A stretch of DNA of 64,000 nucleotides, from positions 3,424,001-3,488,000 of the forward strand of contig CAVYRF010000002.1 in NCBI GenBank assembly GCA_963770895.1, read 5' to 3'. Below the pieces are notes generated by a model. That model did not search any database, was not told the origin of the DNA, and was given only the letters and a program-made list of their open reading frames with translations. Below are positions 41,985 through 50,938 of this stretch, in pieces; position 1 is the first letter of the stretch; every line of letters begins with the position of its first letter. This DNA comes from an uncultured Acidobacteriota bacterium. Lineage in GTDB: Bacteria > Acidobacteriota > Thermoanaerobaculia > Multivoradales > UBA5704. A program made the position numbers and the translations under genes.

Positions 41985-42371
41985 CTAGATCGCGGCCGCG
42001 CCGGTCTGGAGGCGGCGGTAGAAGAAGTACGACAGGCTCCAGAGGACGGCGGTGCCCACCGCCCAGCTCCACGTCGCGACGCCGTCGCCGACGGCGAAGT
42101 GGGCGACCAGCGCCGAAACCAGGTTGATGGCGAAGCCGGCGTAGGCCCACTCCTTGAGGCGGGCGGGGACCATGGGGATGAGCAGCGCGGCCACGCCCGC
42201 CAGCTTGGCCCACGAGAGCTCGACGCGGAAATAGGCGGGGAAGCCCAGGTGGACGAACTCCGCGGCCACCTGGGGGAGGTGCAGCTGGGCGTAGGCGGTG
42301 AAGCCCATCTGCAGCGCAAAGAGTGCGGTGGAGATCCAGAAGCATGCGACCAGCGCTTTGGAGGGCTTCAC
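41985..42371 (-). CDS. DoxX-like membrane protein
   Basis: HLGFPAYF, AKLAG and RLKEWAYAGF. GTG start. Confidence 0.85.
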   Translation of the reverse strand: MKPSKALVACFWISTALFALQMGFTAYAQLHLPQVAAEFVHLGFPAYFRVELSWAKLAGVAALLIPMVPARLKEWAYAGFAINLVSALVAHFAVGDGVATWSWAVGTAVLWSLSYFFYRRLQTGAAAI

Positions 42372-42372
42372 C

Positions 42373-42798
42373 TTACACCACCCCGCCGAGCACCCGCTCC
42401 AGGTTGCCGAAGAAGTTCTGCCAGCCGTATTTTGCGCCTTGATACGCCGCCTGCTGATCGGCACGGAAGCCGGAGTGCTCCATGCGCAGGTGGGTGCCGC
42501 CCTCCGCGGGAGTCAACGTCCAGAGCACCACGGAGTCGTGCCCCATCGTGCTCCAGCTGTAGGAGAGCCGTTGCAAGGGATCGACGATCAGCACGTCGCA
42601 GTCGATGACGCCGCTCCAGTTGGGCACCGGTTCGGAGCGGAATTGGAACTTGTGTCCGACCTCCGGTTGAAAGTCATTTTTCAGCAGCCATTGCGCGATG
42701 AGCGTGTTGTCGGTGAGCGCCCGCCAGAGCTTTTCCGGCGGGTGGGGGAATACCCTTTCGATCACGACGGTACGATTGGTCTCAGCGGGAGTGCTCAT
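42373..42798 (-). CDS. SRPBCC/AHSA1 domain protein
   Basis: ERVFPHPPEKLWRALT, RLSYSW and GGTHLRMEHSGF. Confidence 0.9.
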   Translation of the reverse strand: MSTPAETNRTVVIERVFPHPPEKLWRALTDNTLIAQWLLKNDFQPEVGHKFQFRSEPVPNWSGVIDCDVLIVDPLQRLSYSWSTMGHDSVVLWTLTPAEGGTHLRMEHSGFRADQQAAYQGAKYGWQNFFGNLERVLGGVV

Positions 42799-43121
42799 TG
42801 CTCCATCCTTTCCAAGAGCTCCTCAAGGCGGTCAAAGCGGTTGCGCCAGAATGCGCCGTAGTGCTGCAGCCAGTCGACCAGCGGCGCCAGCGCATCGGGC
42901 TGGGCGCGATAGTGCGTTTCGCGTCCGGCGCGGCGATGCCGCACCAGCCTTGCCTTCTTGAGCACCGTCAGGTGCTTGGAGACGGCGGGCTGGGAGACGC
43001 CGGCGTAGCGGGTCAGTGCGTGGACGGTCTGTTCGCCCTGCCGGGTCAACTCCTCGAAGATGCCCCTGCGCGTCGGGTCGGCAAGCGCACGGAACACCTG
43101 GTTGGCCATGGCCGGCTGCAT
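42795..43121 (-). CDS. ArsR/SmtB family regulator
   Basis: FRALADPTRR and SQPAVSKHLTVLKKARLV. Confidence 0.92.
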   Translation of the reverse strand: MQPAMANQVFRALADPTRRGIFEELTRQGEQTVHALTRYAGVSQPAVSKHLTVLKKARLVRHRRAGRETHYRAQPDALAPLVDWLQHYGAFWRNRFDRLEELLERMEQ

Positions 43122-43127
43122 GTCCAA

Positions 43128-43156
43128 ACCATAACCGAATGGTGATGGGTTGTCAA
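43128..43156 (-). promoter_or_regulatory. sigma70 promoter with overlapping operator
   Basis: TTGACA-17 nt-TATGGT, 6 nt before ATG. The inverted repeat CCATCACC-N4-GGTTATGG overlaps the spacer and -10. Confidence 0.65.
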
Positions 43157-43192
43157 GAGCAGCGGCCGGTGTCCGTCAAATCCTTGCGTGGC

Positions 43193-45514
43193 TCAGTCGG
43201 GCGACTGGGCGAGCGCGACGATCAGCCGCACCAGGTTTTCGACGTCGCGGAGGTCCGCGACCTCGATTGGCGAATGGGAGTAACGCCCGGGCCAGGAGAG
43301 CGGCAGGACGTCGGCGCCCAGCGAGATGAAGGGTACGCCGTCGGTGGCGCCGCCGGTGCGGCCGACCTGGACGGGGATCCGCTCGTCGCCGGCGAGGCGG
43401 AGGGCGTGGTCGACCAGGCGGCGCGGCGCGTAGGAGGCGTCGTCCATCGCGCGCAGCACCGGGCCGCTGCCCAGAGGGGCGAAGGCGACCCGCCGCGATT
43501 CCAGCGGCGAGTCGGCGGAAACGAAGGTGTCCACCGGGTAGACCCGCAGCGTCGCATCGCGCGGCAGGGGCGCCGCGGCCGCGCCGGCGGGTGCGACGCT
43601 TCCGCCCTGCCGCAGCCGGCTGGCGATGGCGGTGGCGCCTTCGAGGCCCACCTCTTCGCCGACCGTCCAGGCGAAGGTCACCTGGCGCCGCAGCTGGGCG
43701 CGGTCGAGCTGCCGCAGAGCCAGCAGCAGGGCGGTCGAGCCTACGCGGTCGTCCATGCTGCGGCCGACGGCGCGGTGGCGCCCGAGCCGCAGGAGCTGCT
43801 TGGGCATGGTCACCGTGCTGCCGGGTTTGACACCCAGCGCCCGTGCCTCGGCGGCGTCGGCGACGCCCAGCGACACGGTGAGCGCGGCGACCGGTCCGTG
43901 CTCGGCGCTCAGCCAGTCCGGGCGCGGCTCGAAGACGCCGGCCACGTCGCCGCGCTCGCCGTGGACCAGCGCCGGGTGCGCCTCCCAGACCGAGGGGAAG
44001 ACGCCGCCCCGCCGCTCCACCTTGAGGCGGCCGTCCGGCAGCACTTCCTGGACGCGGAATCCCACTTCGTCCAGGTGCGCCAGGAAGAGCACCGGGTGCG
44101 AGCCGGGGAGGGCGTGGCCGGTGGAGACGATGAGATTGCCCGCTGCGTCGGTCGCCGGGTTTGCCCACTCGGGCAGCTGGCGCGCTACCTCGGCTCGCAC
44201 CTCGCCCTCGGCGCCGCTCACGCCGTAGCGGGCGATGAGGGTGCCGAGCAGCGCGGCCTCACGCTCGTGCGAGGGAGCTGCCGCCGGGACGGGAAGCTCG
44301 ACCGGCGCGGCGGCGAGCGGCGGCCGTTGCGCGCGGATCGGTGCGTCTCCGCCGCGGCCGGGAGCGCCGGCCAGCAGGGCCGCCAGCTGCTCGACGTCGT
44401 GCAGCGCCACGGTTTCGACCGGGCTGCCTGGATACAGCGCCGGCAGCCCCAGGTGGGTGACCGGCGTCGAGCCCCACCGGTCGAACTCGGGGCGCTGGCG
44501 CAGGTCCAGGTAGGGGGCGGATTGCAGGGCGCCCGGCGCGGCACCGGGGAGCGGCCCGTCGCTCAGCAGGCCGGCGCCCGGGCCGGGCGTCGCCACCTGC
44601 CGGGCTCGACCCTGCTCGAGCTTCCAGCCCAGGCCCCAACCCAGGTCGATCGCCGAGGCGAACGGTCCTTGCCGGTGCAGCAGGTAGTCAAGCCCGGCGC
44701 CGTTGACCAGGTCGAGCGTCGTCCAGGCGAACACCACGCTGCCGGCGGCGCGCCGCGACGGAGCAGCCGCTGCCGCCTGGTACAGCTCGCGGGCGGCCTC
44801 GGCCGCGGCGATGCAGCCGGCCTTGACGCGGGCCGCCGGTGCCGAGATCAGGCCGTGGGCCAGGCGGACGGGCTGCTTGCGGAGCGCCACCGGATCGAGC
44901 AGGCGCACGCCGAGATCCGCCACCTGGTCGCCGTTCTCCGCTCCCACGTCGACATGGGCGTCGTCGATCGCCAGGGGCGGCGGCGCGGCGGCAGGGTCTC
45001 TTTGCAGGTGGATCGAGCGCAGCGCCACCGCGCCGGGCACCGGGCCCCGCGCGCCGCCGATCATCACGATCTGCCCGGAGTGGGCCTGTTCCCAGAGCGG
45101 CCCCGCCGCCGGGCCCACCGCCGCCAGACGCAGGTACCCGTCGGGTTCGATGCCGCTGACCACGAAGCCCGGCTCGTCCAGGGAACAGACGACCAGGCGC
45201 CGCGGTTCGCCGCTGCCCAACTGGAGCACCAGGTTGCCCAGCGCGTCGCGATGGACCGGCAGGCCCGCCAGCCGCTCAGCCATGAAATCGGCGGCCTGCC
45301 CCTCCCGCCCCGCCACCGCCGGCACCCGCAGGAACGCCGCAAGCTCCAGCCCGAGGTCCGCAGGCGCGGCGGACGCCTCGGACGACGCCACCCTGCCGCC
45401 GCCGATCGCGCCGATCGCGCCGATCGCGGTCATCGCGGCGGTCGCGGCGAGCACGACGGCGATCGCCACCGGCAAGCGCCACGCCGCAGGCGTTCTCCCC
45501 TTGCGTTGTGTCAT
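43193..45514 (-). CDS. Secreted M42/M28-family peptidase with duplicated domain
   Basis: C-terminal repeat has AHLDEVG, MDDRVG, GEEVG and YSHSPIE; the N-terminal repeat is degenerate. Confidence 0.85.
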   Translation of the reverse strand: MTQRKGRTPAAWRLPVAIAVVLAATAAMTAIGAIGAIGGGRVASSEASAAPADLGLELAAFLRVPAVAGREGQAADFMAERLAGLPVHRDALGNLVLQLGSGEPRRLVVCSLDEPGFVVSGIEPDGYLRLAAVGPAAGPLWEQAHSGQIVMIGGARGPVPGAVALRSIHLQRDPAAAPPPLAIDDAHVDVGAENGDQVADLGVRLLDPVALRKQPVRLAHGLISAPAARVKAGCIAAAEAARELYQAAAAAPSRRAAGSVVFAWTTLDLVNGAGLDYLLHRQGPFASAIDLGWGLGWKLEQGRARQVATPGPGAGLLSDGPLPGAAPGALQSAPYLDLRQRPEFDRWGSTPVTHLGLPALYPGSPVETVALHDVEQLAALLAGAPGRGGDAPIRAQRPPLAAAPVELPVPAAAPSHEREAALLGTLIARYGVSGAEGEVRAEVARQLPEWANPATDAAGNLIVSTGHALPGSHPVLFLAHLDEVGFRVQEVLPDGRLKVERRGGVFPSVWEAHPALVHGERGDVAGVFEPRPDWLSAEHGPVAALTVSLGVADAAEARALGVKPGSTVTMPKQLLRLGRHRAVGRSMDDRVGSTALLLALRQLDRAQLRRQVTFAWTVGEEVGLEGATAIASRLRQGGSVAPAGAAAAPLPRDATLRVYPVDTFVSADSPLESRRVAFAPLGSGPVLRAMDDASYAPRRLVDHALRLAGDERIPVQVGRTGGATDGVPFISLGADVLPLSWPGRYSHSPIEVADLRDVENLVRLIVALAQSPD

Positions 45515-45657
45515 CGCGCCGCTCCTCCCGTCGTTCGCGTCACACCCGTCGTCCAAACGCGGGTGCGCGGTCGCTCGTGCGATGATGGTACAGCGCGGCT
45601 CGATGAAATCCTCCCAGACTTGAGAGCGGGGCACCCCGCGGCGAAAGGTTATTCCTG

Positions 45658-46188
45658 ATGAGACTTTTGGCAAGCATCCTGCTGCCGGGCCTGCTGCTGG
45701 TCTGCGGTGACGCATTCTGCGCCCAGGACGGCTTCAGCGGCGTCCGCTGCGGCGCTGACGTCGCCAAGGCGCTGCGCGGGCAGGTCATGTCCGATGAAGC
45801 GGTCGCGACGATCGAACACAGGCACAAGGACCTGGACCTCAAGGACCTGGGAGCGGAAGAGCTGGAAAATGGCTGGTCCCTGATCTCCTGGCGGATCTGT
45901 GGCAGTGAGCTCATGCTGATCGAGGACCATCATTCCAGAGTGCGCGACGTCCTGAAGGTCCCGCCGCATTCGCGGAGCGCGCCGGAAACCAGCGGGCCGT
46001 GCACGTTGAAGGGCGCAGCCATTCCTGGGGCCGTCGTCGCGATTCTCGACCCGAAACCGGGAGCTGCCGATCTCCCGGCATCCGCCGCCTGGAAGATCGA
46101 CGAAAAAGCCGGCACGTTCATCCCACTGCCCACGGCGGGGCTGCTCTGCTCGCGAGCCGGGATCCTCACCGTCGATGGCGGCAGCTAG
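45658..46188 (+). CDS. Secreted hypothetical protein
   Basis: Signal peptide followed by a globular region with 4 Cys. Confidence 0.7.
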   Translation: MRLLASILLPGLLLVCGDAFCAQDGFSGVRCGADVAKALRGQVMSDEAVATIEHRHKDLDLKDLGAEELENGWSLISWRICGSELMLIEDHHSRVRDVLKVPPHSRSAPETSGPCTLKGAAIPGAVVAILDPKPGAADLPASAAWKIDEKAGTFIPLPTAGLLCSRAGILTVDGGS

Positions 46189-46242
46189 CCCGCGGCCGCG
46201 CCGCCACCGCGCAGCCGTGCGCGGCGGCGGGGGAGCTGCAGC

Positions 46243-46458
46243 TCAGGGAAGGGTGACGGGAGTGCCGCAGATGAACTTGCCGTTGCAGATGAAGCCGGCG
46301 CAGGAGCCGCCGCCGCCCACGAACTCCATGCAGGCCATGTAGATCGGGCAGCCATCGGCGCCCACCCGCGGGCTGGCAGCCGCGACCTGGGCCGGGACGA
46401 GCCACGTGATGGTGGCCAGGGTGAGGACAAGAGCGATCAGGAGCTTGACGCGCTTCAT
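46243..46458 (-). CDS. Small secreted Cys-rich peptide
   Basis: GAGGTG RBS, signal peptide and 5 Cys in the mature part. Confidence 0.65.
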   Translation of the reverse strand: MKRVKLLIALVLTLATITWLVPAQVAAASPRVGADGCPIYMACMEFVGGGGSCAGFICNGKFICGTPVTLP

Positions 46459-46593
46459 GGGGCACCTCATTTCGGACACATCGTTTGCATAATTGAGACT
46501 TACTGTTCATAAGGGTGCATTGTGACGGCGGGGTCGTGACCACCCGAGCCGGCTCGCCACCCCGCGGCGCACGGCGCATCAACCTCCCGTTGC

Positions 46594-47943
46594 TCAGGCC
46601 CGCGCTTGCAGCTCGGCGGCTGGGGTGCCTTGGATGGCGGCGTCGAGGATCTGGATGGTGTGCAGCACCGGCAGGCGTCTGCCGGCGCGCTCCAGACCGG
46701 CGGCGAGCTGCATGAGGCAGCCGGGGTTGGCGGAGGCGACCAGGTCGGGGCGGGTGGAAAGGCAGTGGCTGACCTTGCGGTCGCCCAGCTGCTCCGCCGC
46801 TTCGGGCTGCACCAGGTTGTAGATGCCGGCCGAGCCGCAGCAGAGGGCGGCATCGGGGATCTCCAGCAGCTCCAGGTCGGGAATGGTGTTGAGCAGGCGG
46901 CGCGGCTGGGCGCGCACCCCCTGGGCGTGCTGCAGGTGGCAGGCGTCGTGGTAGGCCACGCGCAGGGGCAGCGGATGGCGCACGGCGCGCGGTTCGAGGT
47001 CCGCCAGCACCTCGGAGATATCCTTGCATTTGGCGGCGAAGGCGCGTGCGCGCTGGGCGTAGCGCGGATCGTCGCGCAGCAGGTGGCCGTATTCCTTCAT
47101 GGAGGAGCCGCAGCCGGCGGCGTTGGTGACGATGGTATCCACTCCGGCTTGTTCGAAGACGTCGATGAGGCGGCGCGCGAACGCCTGGGCCTGCTCTTCG
47201 AGGCCGGCATGGACCATGAGGGCGCCGCAGCAGCCTTGCTGGCGGGGGATGACCACCTCGCAGCCCTCGGCGGCGAGCACGCGCACGGTCGCCGCGTTGA
47301 CCCCGGAAAACAGCACCCGCTGCACGCACCCGGTCAGCAGGCCGACGCGCTTGCGCACCGCGCCTTGGGCCGGGACGTGCTCGGGCGGCTGGCGGGCGCC
47401 CAGGTCGCGCAGGGAGAGCGCCGGCAGCAGAGCCTCCATCGAGCGCAGCTTGTGGGGTAGCAGCTGCAGGAGCCGCGTGCCGCGCACCAGCGCGCGCAGC
47501 CCGGACGCCTGGTACGCCCACGCCGGCAGCAGGGCGGCGCGCAACCGTGCGGGATACGGGAACAGGCGGAAGATCAAGCCGCGGTGGAGGGCTTCGGCGG
47601 GCGAGCGCCGGTGGCGGCGCTGGATCTGGGCGCGCGTGGCCTCGATCAGCTGGTCGTAGCGCACGCCGGAGGGGCAGGAGGTCATGCAGGCCATGCAGCC
47701 CAGGCAGCGGTCGAAATGCTGCACGACGTTGGCGGTGAGACTGGCCTTGCCTTCGGCGGCGAGCTTCATCAGGTGGATGCGGCCGCGCGGCGAATCCATC
47801 TCTTCGCCCCAGATCGTGTAGGTGGGGCAGGTCGGCAGACAGAAGCCGCAATGGACGCACTTCTTGTATAGCTCCGCGGCCGGCGGATTGTGAGCGTCGA
47901 AAGCCGGATCGCGGTGGGTGGCGTCGTCGGTGGCTGTCGGCAT
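46594..47943 (-). CDS. glcF: Glycolate oxidase Fe-S subunit
   Basis: CVHCGFCLPTCP, CLGCMACMTSCP and two CCG domains. Confidence 0.92.
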   Translation of the reverse strand: MPTATDDATHRDPAFDAHNPPAAELYKKCVHCGFCLPTCPTYTIWGEEMDSPRGRIHLMKLAAEGKASLTANVVQHFDRCLGCMACMTSCPSGVRYDQLIEATRAQIQRRHRRSPAEALHRGLIFRLFPYPARLRAALLPAWAYQASGLRALVRGTRLLQLLPHKLRSMEALLPALSLRDLGARQPPEHVPAQGAVRKRVGLLTGCVQRVLFSGVNAATVRVLAAEGCEVVIPRQQGCCGALMVHAGLEEQAQAFARRLIDVFEQAGVDTIVTNAAGCGSSMKEYGHLLRDDPRYAQRARAFAAKCKDISEVLADLEPRAVRHPLPLRVAYHDACHLQHAQGVRAQPRRLLNTIPDLELLEIPDAALCCGSAGIYNLVQPEAAEQLGDRKVSHCLSTRPDLVASANPGCLMQLAAGLERAGRRLPVLHTIQILDAAIQGTPAAELQARA

Positions 47944-49238
47944 CAGATTCCCCCGAGGAAGCGGCCCGGGCTCAACGTCCCGTCCGGATCGAAGCGCTGC
48001 TTGAGGCGTAGCATGACCGGCTGGGCGTCGGAAGCGGGGCCCCAGACGTCCAGGCCGCGCTTGACCTCAGGCGGGCAGCCGAGCGCGACGATCGTGCCGC
48101 CGGGCCTGGTCTGGCTGCTGCCGTTGTCGCCGTTGCCGGCCAGCTCCTGGCGCAGCTCGAGCAGCGTTGCGCGCAGCGCCGGCGGGTCGCCCTCCAGCCG
48201 CACGGCGCCGGCGCCGACGCCCTGCACCACCAGCCGCCAGGCCAGCGACCGCGCCGCGGCCGCACGCTCGATCAGCGTGCACACCGCGGCGATGCGCGCC
48301 GGCAGCAGGCTGACCTTGGCGACCAGCGCCGGGGCGGCGCCGTCCCAGATGGCCTGGTGCGAGGTCCAGACATCGGCCGGCGCGTCGGCGGGGGCCGGCG
48401 AGGCGGCGGCCAGCTGCAGCACCTGGTCGACCTGGGCCTGGATGCCGGCCGCCGTACCATCGAAACGGACGTCGAGCTGCGCGCCGCCGGGCGCCGCGCG
48501 CAGCTGCAGGCCGATGGGCGTCAACCTGGAAGCCAGGATCGACAGCAGCAGCTGGTTGAGCGCCGCGGGCGTGCCGTGGAAGGAGAGGCTGCGCGTCGCC
48601 CTGGGCAGGGGGTGGAGGCGGAAGACCGCCTGCACGATCACCCCCAGCGTGCCCAGCGCGCCGGTGAACAGCTTGGCCAGGTCGTAGCCGGCGACGTTCT
48701 TGACCACCTTGCCGCCGCTTTTGGCCAGCGTGCCGTCGGGCAGCGCGACGGTGATGCCGATGATGAGGTCGCGCAGCGAGCCGTAGCGGAGGCGCAGCGT
48801 GCCGCTGTCGTTGGTCGAGAGGATGCCGCCCAGGGTCGCCCGCTCGGGCCACAGGGGGTCGAGGGCCAGGTGCTGGCCGTGCCGGGCGAGAGCTGTTTGC
48901 AGGTCGGCGACCCGGCATCCGGCTTCGGCGATGACCGTCATGTCGGCCCAGGCATGCTCGAGGACGCCGTTGAGACGCGCCGTCGACAGCAGCAGGTCGC
49001 AGGCGGCGGGCGGATTGCCCCAGCCCATCTTGGTGCCGCCGCCCCGCGGCGTCACCTTGAGCCCGGCGCCGTGCGCCCAGCGCAGGCAGTGTGCCAGCTC
49101 CTCGGCGGTGCCGGGTTCGGCGATCCTTTGCGGCTCGACGCCGTCGACGGTGTCGGCCGCGGTGGCCGGCCGCAGGTGCTCCTGCCCGAGGATCGCCGCC
49201 AGCTCCGGCCACTCCACCTGCTGCCCCGCCGCTGGCAT
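47943..49238 (-). CDS. glcE: Glycolate oxidase FAD-binding subunit
   Basis: RGGGTK, ATLGG and GGKVVKNVAGYDL. Confidence 0.9.
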   Translation of the reverse strand: MPAAGQQVEWPELAAILGQEHLRPATAADTVDGVEPQRIAEPGTAEELAHCLRWAHGAGLKVTPRGGGTKMGWGNPPAACDLLLSTARLNGVLEHAWADMTVIAEAGCRVADLQTALARHGQHLALDPLWPERATLGGILSTNDSGTLRLRYGSLRDLIIGITVALPDGTLAKSGGKVVKNVAGYDLAKLFTGALGTLGVIVQAVFRLHPLPRATRSLSFHGTPAALNQLLLSILASRLTPIGLQLRAAPGGAQLDVRFDGTAAGIQAQVDQVLQLAAASPAPADAPADVWTSHQAIWDGAAPALVAKVSLLPARIAAVCTLIERAAAARSLAWRLVVQGVGAGAVRLEGDPPALRATLLELRQELAGNGDNGSSQTRPGGTIVALGCPPEVKRGLDVWGPASDAQPVMLRLKQRFDPDGTLSPGRFLGGI

Positions 49239-49263
49239 CGCCGGTTTCCCGCCTCGCCGCTGG

Positions 49264-50712
49264 CTAGAAGCGTTCCGCCACGCCCGCGGTTTCCAGCGGA
49301 TGCGGTTGGTACACGCCGGGCTTTTCGCCGCACAGGCGCGGACGGGGAAAGACCTTGTCGGGATTGGACAGGTGCTCGGGATCGAAGGCGCACCGCACCA
49401 GCTGCATGGTGGCCAGGTCGGGTTCGGCGAACATCTCGGACATGAACATCTTTTTCTCTTCGCCGACGCCGTGTTCGCCGGTGATGGAGCCGCCGGCCCG
49501 GATGCACAGGCGCAGGATCTCGCCGGCCAGCGCTTCGGCCAGCTTGTCCTGGCCGGGCACCGCGTCGTCGTAGAGGACCAGCGGGTGCAGGTTGCCGTCG
49601 CCGGCGTGGAAGACGTTGGCGACGCGCAGGCCCATTTCGGCGCTGAGCCGGCTGATCTCGCTCATGACGAAGGGCAGCGCCGTGCGCGGGACCACGCCGT
49701 CCTGCACGATGTAGGCGGGCGAGATGCGCCCCACGGCGGCAAACGCGGCCTTGCGTCCCGTCCAGACGCGGGCGCGCTCGTCATCCGACTGCGCCAGGCG
49801 GATCTCCCAGGCGCCGCACCGGGTGCAGGCCTCGACCACCTCTTCCATCAGGGCTTTGACCTCGGGCGCCGGCCCGTCGAGCTCGACCAGCAGCAGGCCG
49901 CCGCAATCGGGATAGTTGGCGTGCACCGCGGCCTCGGCGGCCTGGATCGCCAGGTTGTCCATCATTTCGATGGCCGCCGGCAGCATCCCGGCGGCGATGA
50001 TGGCGCTCACCGCGGCGCCCGCTTCATTGGTGGAATGGAACGCCGCGAGCAGCACCTGGACGACCTCCGGCCGCTTCATGATGCGGAGGGTGACCTTGGT
50101 GGCGATGCCGAGCGTGCCTTCCGAGCCGACGAAGACGCCGCACAGGTCGTAGCCGGGACGGTCGACGGTGGTGTCGCCGAAGTGAGCCAGCGAGCCGTCG
50201 GGCAGCACCACCTCCAGGCCAAGGACGTGCGTGGTGGTGAAGCCGTACTTCAGGCAGTGCGCGCCGCCCGAGTTCTCCGCGACGTTGCCGCCGATCGAGC
50301 AGACCTGCTGCGACGAGGGATCGGGCGCGTAGAAGTAGCCGTCCGCCGCCACCCGCGCGGTCACGTTGAGGTTCATCACGCCCGGTTCCACCACCACCCG
50401 CAGGTTGGGCAGGTCCACCTCCAGGATGCGGTTCATGCGCGACAGGGCGATGACGATGCCGTTGGCCGCCGGCAGCGCCCCGCCGCTCAGCCCCGTGCCC
50501 GAGCCGCGGGCCACGAACGGGATCTTTTCGCGGTGGCACACGCGCACGACCGCCTGCACCTCTGCGGTCGACGTCGGCAGCACCACCGCCTGCGGCAGCA
50601 CGCGGAACACGGTGAGGCCGTCGCACTCGTAGGTGCTGAGCTGCTCCGGCTCGGTGATCAGATCCGCCGCGCCGACGATGGCGCGAAGCTCATCGAGGAT
50701 CCTGGCTTCCAT
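49264..50712 (-). CDS. glcD: Glycolate oxidase subunit
   Basis: RGSGTGLSGGA, YAPDPSSQ, HAGDGNLHP and GEHGVG. AGAGGAGG RBS. Confidence 0.93.
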   Translation of the reverse strand: MEARILDELRAIVGAADLITEPEQLSTYECDGLTVFRVLPQAVVLPTSTAEVQAVVRVCHREKIPFVARGSGTGLSGGALPAANGIVIALSRMNRILEVDLPNLRVVVEPGVMNLNVTARVAADGYFYAPDPSSQQVCSIGGNVAENSGGAHCLKYGFTTTHVLGLEVVLPDGSLAHFGDTTVDRPGYDLCGVFVGSEGTLGIATKVTLRIMKRPEVVQVLLAAFHSTNEAGAAVSAIIAAGMLPAAIEMMDNLAIQAAEAAVHANYPDCGGLLLVELDGPAPEVKALMEEVVEACTRCGAWEIRLAQSDDERARVWTGRKAAFAAVGRISPAYIVQDGVVPRTALPFVMSEISRLSAEMGLRVANVFHAGDGNLHPLVLYDDAVPGQDKLAEALAGEILRLCIRAGGSITGEHGVGEEKKMFMSEMFAEPDLATMQLVRCAFDPEHLSNPDKVFPRPRLCGEKPGVYQPHPLETAGVAERF

Positions 50713-50938
50713 GGGATGCCCTCCTCTTTGCCGCGGGTGGCCGGCGCCCACCCGACGCGGCCGTGGCGCCCGCCCCTGATCGCGCTTGCCCTGCACCTGG
50801 ACTGGAGGCTGGACGATCGGCATGACCCTACGCCAGGGCCGGCGCGGAATCAAGATGCGCCCGCGGGGCCGTCCGAGGCGAGGGCATGCCGGTGCGCATA
50901 TCGACATCCGCACCGGGATGCCGGATGCTGTTGCGGCC

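Noticed and set aside
45400-45430. CCGATCGCG tandem repeat
   Set aside because: Encodes AIGAIGAIG in a signal-peptide region; in-frame low complexity.
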